This document shows positions 1-10,100 of a DNA stretch of 64,000 bases, piece by piece. Numbering within the stretch: position 1 is the first letter of the stretch; each line of letters opens with the position of its first letter. This DNA comes from an uncultured Elusimicrobia bacterium (lineage in GTDB: Bacteria > Elusimicrobiota > Elusimicrobia > UBA1565 > UBA9628). The stretch is from assembly GCA_964358485.1 (NCBI GenBank), contig CAYHPY010000001.1:81382-145381 (forward strand), in the 5' to 3' direction. Below the pieces are notes generated by a model that was not told where the DNA came from, made no database searches, and worked only from the letters and a program-made list of their open reading frames with translations. The position numbers and the translations under genes were made by a program.

Positions 1-329
1 TTTTTGGAAATCGTCTCGGTGGTGATGCCGGCCATAAGGCTGATGACGAGCTGTCCCGGCCGGACGGCGGGGGCCAGCTCCTCGAGCACCGCGCCCGCGG
101 CCTGGGGCTTGACGCAGAGCACGACAACGTCGGCGCCGGCGACGGCCTTCCTGTTGTCGCTCACGGCATGCACGCCCCACTTGCGGCGCAGTTCCTCCAG
201 GGCCCCTTCCGAGCGGCGGCTGGCGGTCACCTGCTTGGGCTTGGCTAGCCCCGCCTTGAGGATGCCGCCCATGAGGGCCGAGCCCATGTTCCCCGTTCCG
301 ATGAAAGCGATCTTTTTGTTTTTCAGCAT
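1..329 (-). CDS. proC: pyrroline-5-carboxylate reductase, N-terminal part (gene runs off the window start)
   Basis: Reverse-strand ATG at 329-327 translates to MLKNKKIAFIGTGNMGSALMGGILKAG...VVVLCVKPQ, a Rossmann NADP-binding N-terminus typical of ProC. There is no stop before the window edge, so it is absent from the ORF track. Confidence 0.7.
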   Translation of the reverse strand, partial: MLKNKKIAFIGTGNMGSALMGGILKAGLAKPKQVTASRRSEGALEELRRKWGVHAVSDNRKAVAGADVVVLCVKPQAAGAVLEELAPAVRPGQLVISLMAGITTETISK

Positions 330-469
330 CGATGTCCCAGATTCCCCAAAACGGCAAAAAAAAAGAGGACCGCGGGTCGGCGGTCCTGCGCACTAAGTGT
401 ATAACAGGATATTGCGGGTTCGTCAAGCCCCCCCTGGTTACGGCGGCCGTCCGCGCCCCCGGCCTCCCG

Positions 470-1156
470 CTACAGAGCCCGCCTGACGTATTTTCCGCGC
501 GGCGCGATCCGGCCCGCCCTTTCCAGGCCGCCGACGACATCGAGCAGTTCGAAGCGGGCCCTGTCGATTTCCACGTCCCCCAGGCGTTCCAGGTAGCTCA
601 TGGACTCTTTGAGCAAGACCGCCGCGCCCGCCGACATGTTCGAAAAGAAATGGTTGATCAAGCCTGGAGGAGCTTTTTGGAGCGCGCGGGCCAGATGCTC
701 CGTTCTGAGGTTGCGAACGATGGATTGCATGTCGCGGTCGGAGATGGCGGCGAGGTCTTCAAATGTGGGGTAATGCCTGCGAAGCTCTTCGTATATTTCA
801 GGTTTTTTCGTTTTTAAGTAGGTGACGATGTTGTAGCGGGTCTCAAAATCCGCCCTTTCCAGCTCTCCTCCCAGCCGTTCCATGCCGTCCACGATGAAAT
901 CAACGTTCGCTTTGACATGCTCGTCGATGGCGGTCAATTGTTCCCGGGTCAGCGTTCGGATGGTCAGACCCATGAGGCCGACCTTGGATTGAAGCTCCGC
1001 GGGCAAGGAGAGAAGCAGTTTTCGGGCCAACTCCGGATTCATGTAGGTGGCGACGACCGCGATGACCCACGGTTCTTCTTTTCGGAGAATGAACATGTAG
1101 GCGAGGCGGGTGATGTTGTCTTCGGTGAGATAGTGAAACGGCCGAGTCTCATTCAT
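470..1156 (-). CDS. FliG-like domain protein (short flagellar motor switch FliG homolog)
   Basis: The 228-aa C-terminus FSNMSAGAAVLLKESMSYL...DVEIDRARFELLDVVGGLERAGRI matches the FliG C-terminal signature F.NMS.RAA.LLKE.M.Y...DVE.A...LE.AG.I. It is shorter than canonical FliG and has no other flagellar genes nearby. Confidence 0.45.
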   Translation of the reverse strand: MNETRPFHYLTEDNITRLAYMFILRKEEPWVIAVVATYMNPELARKLLLSLPAELQSKVGLMGLTIRTLTREQLTAIDEHVKANVDFIVDGMERLGGELERADFETRYNIVTYLKTKKPEIYEELRRHYPTFEDLAAISDRDMQSIVRNLRTEHLARALQKAPPGLINHFFSNMSAGAAVLLKESMSYLERLGDVEIDRARFELLDVVGGLERAGRIAPRGKYVRRAL

Positions 1157-1178
1157 GAACGGCCTTTCCCCCGCTCCG

Positions 1179-2012
1179 CTATAAAATCGCGCACTGGCGC
1201 GCGAGATTGAAGGCCTTCTCCTCGGTTTCGGCGAACTGCTTGCTCTCCAGGGGGGAGAGCTCGGGGATGATCGCCTGGCCGCCCCACTGCTTCATGCGCT
1301 GGTAGAATTCCTTCTTGAGGTCGGGATCGGAGATCGTCGAGCCGGGGTTGAACTTGATGGTGCGGTAGGCTACGCCGCGGGAAAGCTGGAGGGCCCAATA
1401 GCGGGCCTTCACGTCCAGGATGCGGCGCTCCATGGCGTCGACGCGGTCATGGGCGCTCTCGCAGGGGTCGTAGTCCGAGGAGCCTTCCCGCATGGCCAGG
1501 GAGTCCTCCATGTCCAGGACCGGCGGCTCGATGGAAAAACGCGGCGGAGCCACCACCAGGTCCCGGTCCATCCGCCACTCCCCCGCGGGCTCGGACTCTC
1601 CCGTTTTAATGTTCAGGAGAAAGGCCTTGGCCACCGAGATCATCCCCTCGGCCTTGAAACTTCCGCCCACGATGGCCTCGACATCCAGGATTTTCCCCAG
1701 CCGGCGAAGTTCCGCGGGGTTGGCCAGCTTGCGCTTGTCGAGGCGGTGCTCCTCCATCACTCGGCTGAGCGCCCGCCAGTCCAGGGCCAGAACCTCGCGG
1801 CCGCTGCCCAGGTGGGGGAGGAGCTTGACCGCCAGGCGCCAGCCTTCCGCCGGGTCGGCTCCCAGGGCGGGAAGGAAGGGAAGAACCGCCACTCTCCGGG
1901 GAAGCCGGGCGGCCGCGGCGTGCTGGGCTTGGCACCCAAAGAAGAGGACCATCCCCACCACCAGGCGGATGGTCCGGCTCCCTGCTCCCCACGGCCCCTC
2001 GGCAAAAGGCAC
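1179..2012 (-). CDS. hypothetical protein with hydrophobic N-terminus (possibly secreted)
   Basis: Long ORF with coding-like composition and an N-terminal hydrophobic stretch (VVGMVLFFGC). No recognisable family; exact start uncertain. Confidence 0.4.
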   Translation of the reverse strand: MPFAEGPWGAGSRTIRLVVGMVLFFGCQAQHAAAARLPRRVAVLPFLPALGADPAEGWRLAVKLLPHLGSGREVLALDWRALSRVMEEHRLDKRKLANPAELRRLGKILDVEAIVGGSFKAEGMISVAKAFLLNIKTGESEPAGEWRMDRDLVVAPPRFSIEPPVLDMEDSLAMREGSSDYDPCESAHDRVDAMERRILDVKARYWALQLSRGVAYRTIKFNPGSTISDPDLKKEFYQRMKQWGGQAIIPELSPLESKQFAETEEKAFNLARQCAIL

Positions 2013-2351
2013 GTCTTTACTATAACAGGGGGACCGTGTAATGTAAATTCACATTCGAGTTACTTTGTGTAACTCCGATGTTACTCATATAAATTTATTA
2101 TTAAAATTAATAGACAATTTTAAGTGAAGCACAGGTCCAGCCCCGCGTAGGTGTTGCGGCGCTGGGGCTGTTGGGGCGCGTTCATTATGGCGCCGAACAG
2201 GCTGGCGCCGCCGCCGCCGCCGCCCAAGCCGCCTCCGCCCGCCGGCCGACAATTATAAAATCGAGGGGTAACAAGGGTGTAAGCCCAAGTAACGAGCCTG
2301 TGAATTGAAGACGGCGGTCGTTCGTGGTACCCTTCGCCAGAGGTACACGCT

Positions 2352-3035
2352 ATGAGGAAGTCAATATCATGCTTCTTGGCCGCCGTCGTTTCGGGTCTGC
2401 TTTTCATCGTGCCGGCGAGCGGAACTCCGCAGGACGACGACCCGCTGTTGGCCCATAGGCTGGAGATAGAAACCTCCGATCGCATCAAGAGCCAGATCCT
2501 CGACCCGCTTCTGGGACCCGGCCGGAGCTTCGCCTTCGTCGAGCTGGACCTTGGGGTCAAGCGGGTGCGGGAGGCCAGAGATAAATGGGGCCAGGGAGTC
2601 GCCCGGCGAGTATCGCAAAAAGTTGATTCCACTAGGGGCGTCTCGGATGGGGAGGTAAATGATGAGAATCTCTTTTCGGGATTCGGTCGGGATTTTTTTG
2701 ATGATTTTTCCTCCCGTGCGGCCGGGGCCAACCCCCGGCATCCGGTCAAGGCGAGCACCGATACGGGGAAATCTTTCGCGGGGGAAGATCGAAGGGTGAC
2801 CAGCGGTTCCCAGCGGCTCCAGGAATCCCGGCAAGAAATGGGGGTGGAGGAGCGGAGTTCGGAAGCCCGCCTGATCTTTAAACGATTCAGCGTCTTGGTC
2901 GTCCACGACGCCGGCGTGCCGCCGAAAACGCTGCGTATCGTCCGGGAGATTATCCTGCAGGCCTACAAACGAGACCTTAAACGCGAGGACATTCGTTTCC
3001 ACGGAGCGGATTTTTTTAACGCGAACTTGCCCTAG
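2352..3035 (+). CDS. secreted hypothetical protein
   Basis: Signal peptide MRKSISCFLAAVVSGLLFIVPASG and a plausible RBS (gaggtacacgct) before the ATG. Lies downstream of an AT-rich promoter-like region. Confidence 0.5.
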   Translation: MRKSISCFLAAVVSGLLFIVPASGTPQDDDPLLAHRLEIETSDRIKSQILDPLLGPGRSFAFVELDLGVKRVREARDKWGQGVARRVSQKVDSTRGVSDGEVNDENLFSGFGRDFFDDFSSRAAGANPRHPVKASTDTGKSFAGEDRRVTSGSQRLQESRQEMGVEERSSEARLIFKRFSVLVVHDAGVPPKTLRIVREIILQAYKRDLKREDIRFHGADFFNANLP

Positions 3036-3094
3036 CGGGTTCCCCTCCTTGAAGATGATTCTTCTTGGACCGCAAATGAGATTCAACTCCTAGG

Positions 3095-3991
3095 CTACCA
3101 ATCAGCCGGCTTGATCTTCTCCTTTATCGCCGACGCCCTCAATTCAGCCTGCAAACGCTCATTCGGGGTCATTAAAAGAGAAACTTCCTCAAGATTTTGC
3201 CGCGCCCTTTCATCTTTCTGGGCCGCGGCCAATAGGAACCAGGCGCAGGCCTCAAGCAAATCCCGTTGGACGCCCTGGCCATTCCGGTACATGACGCCCA
3301 GGGAGGCTTCCGCCTCCGGAATGCCTTGATTGGCCGCCAAATCAAACCATTTGAAGGCTTCCGGGTAGTCTTGGGGAACTCCCGAACCGGAATAGTAGAC
3401 CGCCCCCACCGCATTCTGCGAGTGGGCCTCTCCCCGGCGCGCGCCTGCCTGCCACCACGCCAAAGCCCCCGAAAGGTCCGGTTCGCAACCGCTTTCCCCG
3501 TAAAATAAGAGCCGCCCAAGATTGAATTGAGAGCGCGAGTCTCCTTTTTCCGCGGCTTTTTTAAACCAATCGCGCGACGCCTGACAGTCCTTGGCCGTTC
3601 CCTTTCCGTCCAGGTATCTTACGCCAAGCATGTACTCGGCGTCCATGTTTCCCTGGGCCGCGGCCTTCCGATACCAAGCGATCGCGGCTTGGTGATCGAC
3701 CGCGATGCAGTCCCCTTCATCGTAGGAGAGGCCAAGATTGACTTGCGCGGTGGAATTCCCTTGATTCGCCGACTTGCGATACCAATAAATAGCTTGAGCG
3801 CAGTCTTTTGGCATGGCTTGGCCCTTTTGATAGAACCAGCCCAAGGAATTGGCGGCACAGGGGTCCCCAGCCTTCGCGTCCGCCCGAATCTTCTCGATTT
3901 CTTTCTCCTCACATTGCGCCGCGAAGGAACAGGGGCGGGAGGTTCGGTTGGGATTGGCGCAAGCCCCTAGAGCGATTGCCAAAAGAAACAT
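3095..3991 (-). CDS. Sel1-repeat (SLR/TPR-like) protein, probable lipoprotein
   Basis: Multiple Sel1 repeats (AAQGNMDAEYMLGVRYLDGKGTAKDCQASRDWFKKAAEKGD, AANQGIPEAEASLGVMYRNGQG). The start is trimmed to MFLLAIALGAC at 3991 (signal plus lipobox-like Cys), which also avoids overlap with the upstream gene. Confidence 0.7.
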   Translation of the reverse strand: MFLLAIALGACANPNRTSRPCSFAAQCEEKEIEKIRADAKAGDPCAANSLGWFYQKGQAMPKDCAQAIYWYRKSANQGNSTAQVNLGLSYDEGDCIAVDHQAAIAWYRKAAAQGNMDAEYMLGVRYLDGKGTAKDCQASRDWFKKAAEKGDSRSQFNLGRLLFYGESGCEPDLSGALAWWQAGARRGEAHSQNAVGAVYYSGSGVPQDYPEAFKWFDLAANQGIPEAEASLGVMYRNGQGVQRDLLEACAWFLLAAAQKDERARQNLEEVSLLMTPNERLQAELRASAIKEKIKPADW

Positions 3992-4023
3992 GGGACAGAT
4001 GGCGCGGGGGGAAATCCTGATTA

Positions 4024-5010
4024 TCACTGGCCCGGGGCGAGCTTCTCGTCCGATTCTCTTGCCCGAAGCACGGCCGATTCTATCTCCTGGGCCGTCATCA
4101 GCGGCCGAAGCCGCTTCATGTCGGTGAAGGCCACGGGAGTGCCGCGATTGCCGGATCGGACGTACCAATAATAGGCCTCGACCCTGTCGACCGGTACGCC
4201 GTATCCCTCGTCGTAAAAAGTCCCCACCCATTGCATCGCCGCCGGGATGCCCCGGTCCGCCGCTCGGCGAAACCAGCGCAGCGCCGCCCCATAGTCTCGG
4301 GGCGCCCCTTCCCCGTAATAGTTCATTTCCCCGAGCATGTAGTCCGCGCGGACATCATCCGCCGCGGAGGCTTTCGCGTACCACTCCCGCGCCAAGGCTA
4401 AGTCTTTGGGCTGCGCCAGTCCGCGCCGATAATATTCGCCTAAAGAAGTCATCGCCATGTTGAAGCCTCCAGCGGCGGCCTGCTTCCAGAGTTTTAGAGA
4501 TTTTTTGGGGTCTTTCGGCACGCCGTCCCCGCGGTAGTAGGCATCTCCCAGATTTAGCATGCCGACGGTCTTTCCTTTTTTCGCGGCGCTTTCAAACAAC
4601 GCGAGGGCTTTGGCCCGGTCCCGCTCGCCCCCGAGTCCTTCGCTGTAGAGGTTGCCGAGGTTCACCTCCGCCTCGCCGAAGCCATGCGCGACGGCCCGGG
4701 CATACCATTCACGGGCCTTGACGAAATCCTTCGGCACGCCCCAGCCTTGGCCGTACATGTCCCCGATGCTGGTTTCCGCGATTGGGAGGTTCTGGGCGGC
4801 GGCCTTGAGAAACCACTTCATCGCCTCGGCGTGATCAGTCTTGACGCCGATTCCGGAAACATAACGCGCGCCGAGCCGATGTTGCGCCGCCGCATCGCCC
4901 GCAAGCGCGGCCTTCTCGAGCGACGCAAGGTCATTTTGAGGAGCCGCGGTCGGCGCGGGCCGGGCTGCCGTCAAAGCGAGGAAAGAGAATAACAAGATTC
5001 GATTCTTCAT
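4024..5010 (-). CDS. Sel1-repeat protein with signal peptide
   Basis: Signal peptide MKNRILLFSFLALTAARPAPTAAP followed by about 7 Sel1 repeats (A..G.A.AQ..LG..Y..G.GV..D...A..W...AA). Confidence 0.75.
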   Translation of the reverse strand: MKNRILLFSFLALTAARPAPTAAPQNDLASLEKAALAGDAAAQHRLGARYVSGIGVKTDHAEAMKWFLKAAAQNLPIAETSIGDMYGQGWGVPKDFVKAREWYARAVAHGFGEAEVNLGNLYSEGLGGERDRAKALALFESAAKKGKTVGMLNLGDAYYRGDGVPKDPKKSLKLWKQAAAGGFNMAMTSLGEYYRRGLAQPKDLALAREWYAKASAADDVRADYMLGEMNYYGEGAPRDYGAALRWFRRAADRGIPAAMQWVGTFYDEGYGVPVDRVEAYYWYVRSGNRGTPVAFTDMKRLRPLMTAQEIESAVLRARESDEKLAPGQ

Positions 5011-5061
5011 GATATTCCTTCCAAGGATATAACCCCGGCCGCGGGAGATGTCAATGCCTCT

Positions 5062-7161
5062 TTAGGGAAGAACCAGAAACCGCGCCGAGGCTTTCTCCCC
5101 GGAGCGGGAGACTTCCACGGCATGCTTTCCCGGTTTTAGGGGCCACCAGGCGCCGGACTCCGTGGCGGGAAGAAGTTCCCCGTCCACCTTCCAGGTTAAA
5201 TCCCCTTCCGCCACGGTCGCCTTGAGCCGGAGGACCTGCGCCCCGCGCGGAGTGGACGGGTCGAGCCGGAAGACCGCGCCGTCCATGGGAAATTCCACGG
5301 CCAGCGGCTTTGGGGCGGGCGCCGCGGGCGCGCCTTCGGGTCCATGGCTGCGGCACGGTCCGTCCGGCGGATGCTTGGAGGAAAAGACCTCCAGAATCCG
5401 GTCCGGGCACCAGGCCCCCGGAGTTTTTCCGGAAACCGGGCAGACCTCGATTTCCCGGATGCCCGCGGGAACCGGAAAGGGACGCGTCCCCAGTCTTTCC
5501 GCCACGGCCAGGGCGGCGTCTTTTAAAAGCGGGGCCGCGCCCGTGATTCCGGACACCTTTCTCATAGGACTGCCGTCGAAATTTCCCACCCAGACGGCCA
5601 CGGTCCAATCCGGGGTGTAGCCCGCCGCCCAATTATCCCGGTAGTCCTTGGTGGTCCCGGTCTTGGCCGCGAAGGGAAAGGGCAGATGCAGGGGCGAGTT
5701 GAGCCCGAAGGCCTCGGCGCGGGCGGCGTTGTCGGAGAGGATGTGGGTGATCAAGTAGGCGCTTTCGCGGTCCAGGACCCGGCGGGCGGGCTCGGCCGGA
5801 GGTTCTCCCTTGATGGTCCGCGCCGGGAGCCACGCTCCGCCGCGGGCCAGCGCGGCGTAGGCGTCGGCCAGCTCCAGCAAGGTGACTTCCCCGTTGCCCA
5901 GCGCCAGGCCCAGGCCGTAATGCTCGGCGCTCCGGTCCAGGGATTTGAAGCCCGCCGCCCGCAGAACGGCCAGCAGGGCCGGGGCGCCGTAGGACTCGGC
6001 GGCGCGGATGGCGGGGACGTTGTAGGAATTGGCCAGCGCCTCGCGCAGGCGCACGAGGCCGTGGTAGGTCTGGTCGTAATTGCGGGGGGAAAATCCTCCC
6101 GCGGTCTGGATCGGCAAGTCCTCCAAAATGTCCGAGGTCCGCATCCCCCGGGCCAGGCCCAGGCCGTAGACGAAGGGTTTCAGGGTGGAGCCCGGCTGGC
6201 GCGGGGCCAGGACCCCGTCCACCTGTCCATCGGCGGGCCGCCGGAAGTCGGCCGAGCCGACCCAGGCCAAAACCTCGCCGCTCCGGTTGTCGAGCACCAC
6301 CAGCGCTCCGTTGGTGACATTCTGGCCCTTGAGCCGCGCCACATGGGAGGCCGTCAGTTCCTGCAGGCGCCCCTGCAGGCCCGCGTCCAAGGTGGTCGTT
6401 ATCCGCGCCTCGCCGGAGGCGGCCAGGCGGCCGGTGAAATGGGGCGCCAGGAAGGGCCGCGCCTGGGGGAGGACCTCGATTTTCTCGGCTCGGGCGAACT
6501 TCCAGGTGTCTTCGTCCACCCAGCCCAACTCCTTGAGCCGCTTGAGAATCCGCTCCTGCCGGGCGCGGGCCTGGCCGGGCCGCCGGGCGGGGTCGTAGCG
6601 GGCGGGGGATTTCGGAATCCCGGCCAAAAGCGCCGCCTGCGCCAGCGAGAGCTCCGCGGCGGGAACCCCGAAATAAGCGCGGGACGCGGCCTCGGCCCCG
6701 GTCAGTTGCGGGCCGTAGGGGGCGCGGTTGAGGTATTCTTCCAGAATTTCGGCCTTGTCCAGGTTCTTCTCCAGAGTGAAGGCCCCCAGCGCCTCGCGGG
6801 CCTTGCCCCACAAAGTCCGCGGCCGCGGCGAGAGGGCCCGGGCCAATTGCTGGGTCAAGGTCGAGCCCCCGGAGACCCGCCGCCCTTGCCGGGTGTTTTG
6901 CCAGAGCGCGCGGAGCGTGGCCTTGAAATCCATTCCTGGATGGGAGAAAAACCGACGGTCCTCGGCGGCCAAAGTGGCGAGGATGAGCCACGGGGAAATC
7001 TTTTCCAAGGGGACCGGACGGGACAGGGTCGCCTCCTCCGAAAGAACCGTTCGCAGCGCCACGCCGTGGCGGTCCACGATTTCCCGGGAGGCGGACGGAG
7101 GCGCCGGTCGCTCCCCGGCGAAAGCGGGAAGAACCAGCAGGAGGAGAGCCTTAGCGAACAA
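5062..7161 (-). CDS. pbpC: penicillin-binding protein 1C (transglycosylase plus transpeptidase)
   Basis: The N-terminal glycosyltransferase-51 motifs (EDRRFFSHPGMD, GGSTLTQQLAR), a central transpeptidase region and a C-terminal PbpC-type domain match the PBP1C architecture. It overlaps the upstream A2M gene by 11 bp, as in yfhM-pbpC operons. Confidence 0.85.
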   Translation of the reverse strand: MFAKALLLLVLPAFAGERPAPPSASREIVDRHGVALRTVLSEEATLSRPVPLEKISPWLILATLAAEDRRFFSHPGMDFKATLRALWQNTRQGRRVSGGSTLTQQLARALSPRPRTLWGKAREALGAFTLEKNLDKAEILEEYLNRAPYGPQLTGAEAASRAYFGVPAAELSLAQAALLAGIPKSPARYDPARRPGQARARQERILKRLKELGWVDEDTWKFARAEKIEVLPQARPFLAPHFTGRLAASGEARITTTLDAGLQGRLQELTASHVARLKGQNVTNGALVVLDNRSGEVLAWVGSADFRRPADGQVDGVLAPRQPGSTLKPFVYGLGLARGMRTSDILEDLPIQTAGGFSPRNYDQTYHGLVRLREALANSYNVPAIRAAESYGAPALLAVLRAAGFKSLDRSAEHYGLGLALGNGEVTLLELADAYAALARGGAWLPARTIKGEPPAEPARRVLDRESAYLITHILSDNAARAEAFGLNSPLHLPFPFAAKTGTTKDYRDNWAAGYTPDWTVAVWVGNFDGSPMRKVSGITGAAPLLKDAALAVAERLGTRPFPVPAGIREIEVCPVSGKTPGAWCPDRILEVFSSKHPPDGPCRSHGPEGAPAAPAPKPLAVEFPMDGAVFRLDPSTPRGAQVLRLKATVAEGDLTWKVDGELLPATESGAWWPLKPGKHAVEVSRSGEKASARFLVLP

Positions 7162-10100
7162 TTTCGATCTCCGAGGAGGCCGTCCGCCCGAACACCTCGG
7201 GCTCGTACATCTGCTCGGCCCAGGCGGCGGGGGCGTGATAGCGCCCCGGGGTGGTGGCCTGGATCAAATAGGAATAACGGTGCTCCCCGGCGGTCAGATA
7301 ATCGGCGAAGATCGCGATCCGGTCATCGTATTTCTCGTTCCGGTGGAAAGTCCCCCAGTAAGGCGCGCGGGCCGCCTCGGCCCGCAGAACCCGGGCGTCC
7401 TCCCTTCCCTCGACGGCAAACGACGGATCCACGATTTCCCACCCGGCGGGCAGAGGATCGTCGACCGCCACGAAGGTCCGGTCCTGGGGGGTGGTCACGG
7501 TGAGGGTGACTACGGCGCGGGAGCCGGCCTTTAGCTTGTCGCCGCTGTAAAGCGGCTGGAATGTTCGTTTAATCTCAAGCCCTTCTTTGGCTGGCTCCTT
7601 ATATGACGAGGGAGAGAACGACATTTGGAGGGCATAGTACAACCTTCCGATTCCGGTTTTCCGGAATCGGATCATAGCCTTTTGATCCGTTCCCGAAATT
7701 GTTTCTAAAGAATAATCCTTTTTCCGGGCAGTCAAAGACCGCCCGGAAAATTCCTCCTTCCAGGCCGCCGTTGTTCCGTTCGTTACTTCCGCCGAAAACC
7801 TCGGCTCGTCTTTCTCATATCGGCGGAAGTAATCGGTCAGAGCCCGCAACCCCGCCGCGTTCTCCTGCGTCGTCCTCCACCGCCCCTTATCCTTTCTCTC
7901 ATCCGTCAACCATTTCACCGCCTTTTCGTCGTTGGGAAACCCTCCCCGCGCCTCCAACAGGGCCTGCAATAAAACCGCGGTGGTCTTGACGTTGGTGCCG
8001 TGGATCCAGGGCATGGCCATTCCTTCGGGCTCCTCGAAGTGCAGGGAGCGCGGGGATTGGCGGGCCTGGTTGAGCAGTTCGTCGGCCAACAGGCGCCCGG
8101 GGCGCAGGTCGCGGCTCAAGAGCGGCGCGGCCTTGAGCAGGTGGGCCTTGGCCAGGAAGGGGAGTTGGTCCCGCCGCTCGTACAGGTTCTGGAAATAGCC
8201 CGTGAGTTTCCGGCCGTGGAGTGCCAGGGCGTAAACCGCGTAGGCCTGCGCCGCGAAAAACTCGTGGTTGTTGTAGGGATAGGCCCAATCGTCCTGGCGA
8301 TTGATGGCCGCCGACAGCCAGCCGACGGCCCGGTCGATGACCGGCTCCGGGAGGCGGTAGCCCTCTTTCTTGGCCAGATGGGCCACTTCCAGGGCGTAGG
8401 CCGTCACATAGGGATCGGGCAAATCGGGGTTGGGCCAGTAGCCGAAGCCCCCGGAAGGATGCTGGAAGGTTCCCAACTTGTCGAGGTTGGACTGGACTTC
8501 GGCCTTCAATGGGCCCACCGAGCCCAAACCGAAAACCTTGGCCAATTCCTCGCCGACGATGACCGGCATCATCCGGGAGAGCCGCTGTTCCAGACAGCCG
8601 TACGGATATTCCAGGAGGTAGCGCGCGCCTTCGGAAAGCCCGGTCAGCGCGGTGGGCGCCAGGGAAATTTTCAGGCGGCCCGAGCCCGGCACGCCGTTTT
8701 GGGGCCGGGCCACGGCCTCTTCGGCGGTCCCCTCGGTGGCGCCGCTGGTGGCCGACCACTCCAGGCGTTCGGGGGCGCGCACCGGCACCTTCCACTCCAA
8801 GCCGTCGGTCTCGGTCCCCGCCGCCGCCCGGAATTTGAACACGGCGGTTCCGGTGGAGGCCGCCTGGCAGTCCCAGGGGACTTCCGCCGCCTTGCCCGCG
8901 GCCACTTCCAGCTCGCGGCGGGCGTCGCCGGAAACGGAAACCGCCCCTCCGGCCAAGGTCAGTTCCAGGCGCACCCTGGCCGTGGAGGAGGAATAGTTGT
9001 GGACCACGGCCCCGCATTGAAAGGAGTCTCCGACCCGGGCGAAGCGCGGCAGGCTGGGCCTCAGCAGAAGGGGCTTGGACACCGTCAGCCGCGCCTCCCC
9101 GGAGCCGAATTGTTTGCCCGCGTGGGCCACGGCCATCAACCGGAAGCGCGAGAGATTGTCGGGCAAGGTGAAGGAGACCTTGGCCCGGCCCTGGGCGTCG
9201 GTTTGGACGGAAGGCGCCCAGAAGGCCGTGGGAATGAAGCGCGAGCGCAGGTCGACGCCCTCCAGGTTGGCCCCGGAGGCGCCCCCGCCCCCGCGGCTTT
9301 TGCCCTTCTCGCCGAAACTGCGCTGGCCGATCACATACGGCCGCGAGTCGGCGGAGGCGACTTGAAGCGGCCTGGCCCCGTAAAAATCCACGAAGGCGTC
9401 GGGGGTGGCGTAGCCGGTTAGGGCTAGGACGCCTTCATCCACCGCGTAAGCGGTGGCTTCTCCCGTTGTTCCGTTGCCGTTTGAATCCGTTATCTCGATT
9501 TCAACATCAACCTTTTGCCGCGGCCGGAATTGGTTCCGTTGCGGTTTGATCTTTACTTTTAATCTCCGGCCTCCGGGGTCAACGGCCAACGTCGCGTATC
9601 CGAATTTGGCTTGAGGTTTGGCTAGATCTTCGCCGTCCGGGGAGTAGTTGTCGCCCGTTCGTCCTTGGAGAAGAACTACGGAAACAAAGACATTGGGGAC
9701 GGAACGGTCATTCAACGGAATCTGAACGAAGCTGGCTCCGCCGTCGATCCATTCCTCACGACGAGAGATGATCCCTTCCCTCTCCACGGTCACCAGGGCC
9801 CGCGATTTCGGGAAGGGAGATTTCACCATCAGCCGCGCCGTCTCCCCCGGCTTGTAGCTGGTTTTGTCCGGCACGATTTCGATGATGTCGGTATCCGACC
9901 GCGACCACCACGCGTCCCCGGTCCCGGTCACATAGAAGGAATCCGCGGCTTCCGCGGGCCGCCCCTGCTCGTCCTTGGCCGTGACGCTTAAGAAATACTG
10001 CCCCGGCCGGTCCGGGTTCCAGGTCCAGGTGAAGGTGTCCCGGCTGGAGGTGAAGGAAAAGCTCGAGACCTCCAGGTCCCGCTGTTCGCTGACCCATTCC

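Noticed and set aside
2120-2758. Minus-strand ORF ending in a Gly-rich tail (GGGGLGGGGGGASLFGAIMNAPQQ) that overlaps the 2352-3035 gene
   Set aside because: It overlaps a better-supported secreted-protein gene, and its only non-overlapping part has no start codon. Probably a GC/GGC-repeat artefact. A small Gly-rich peptide cannot be fully excluded.
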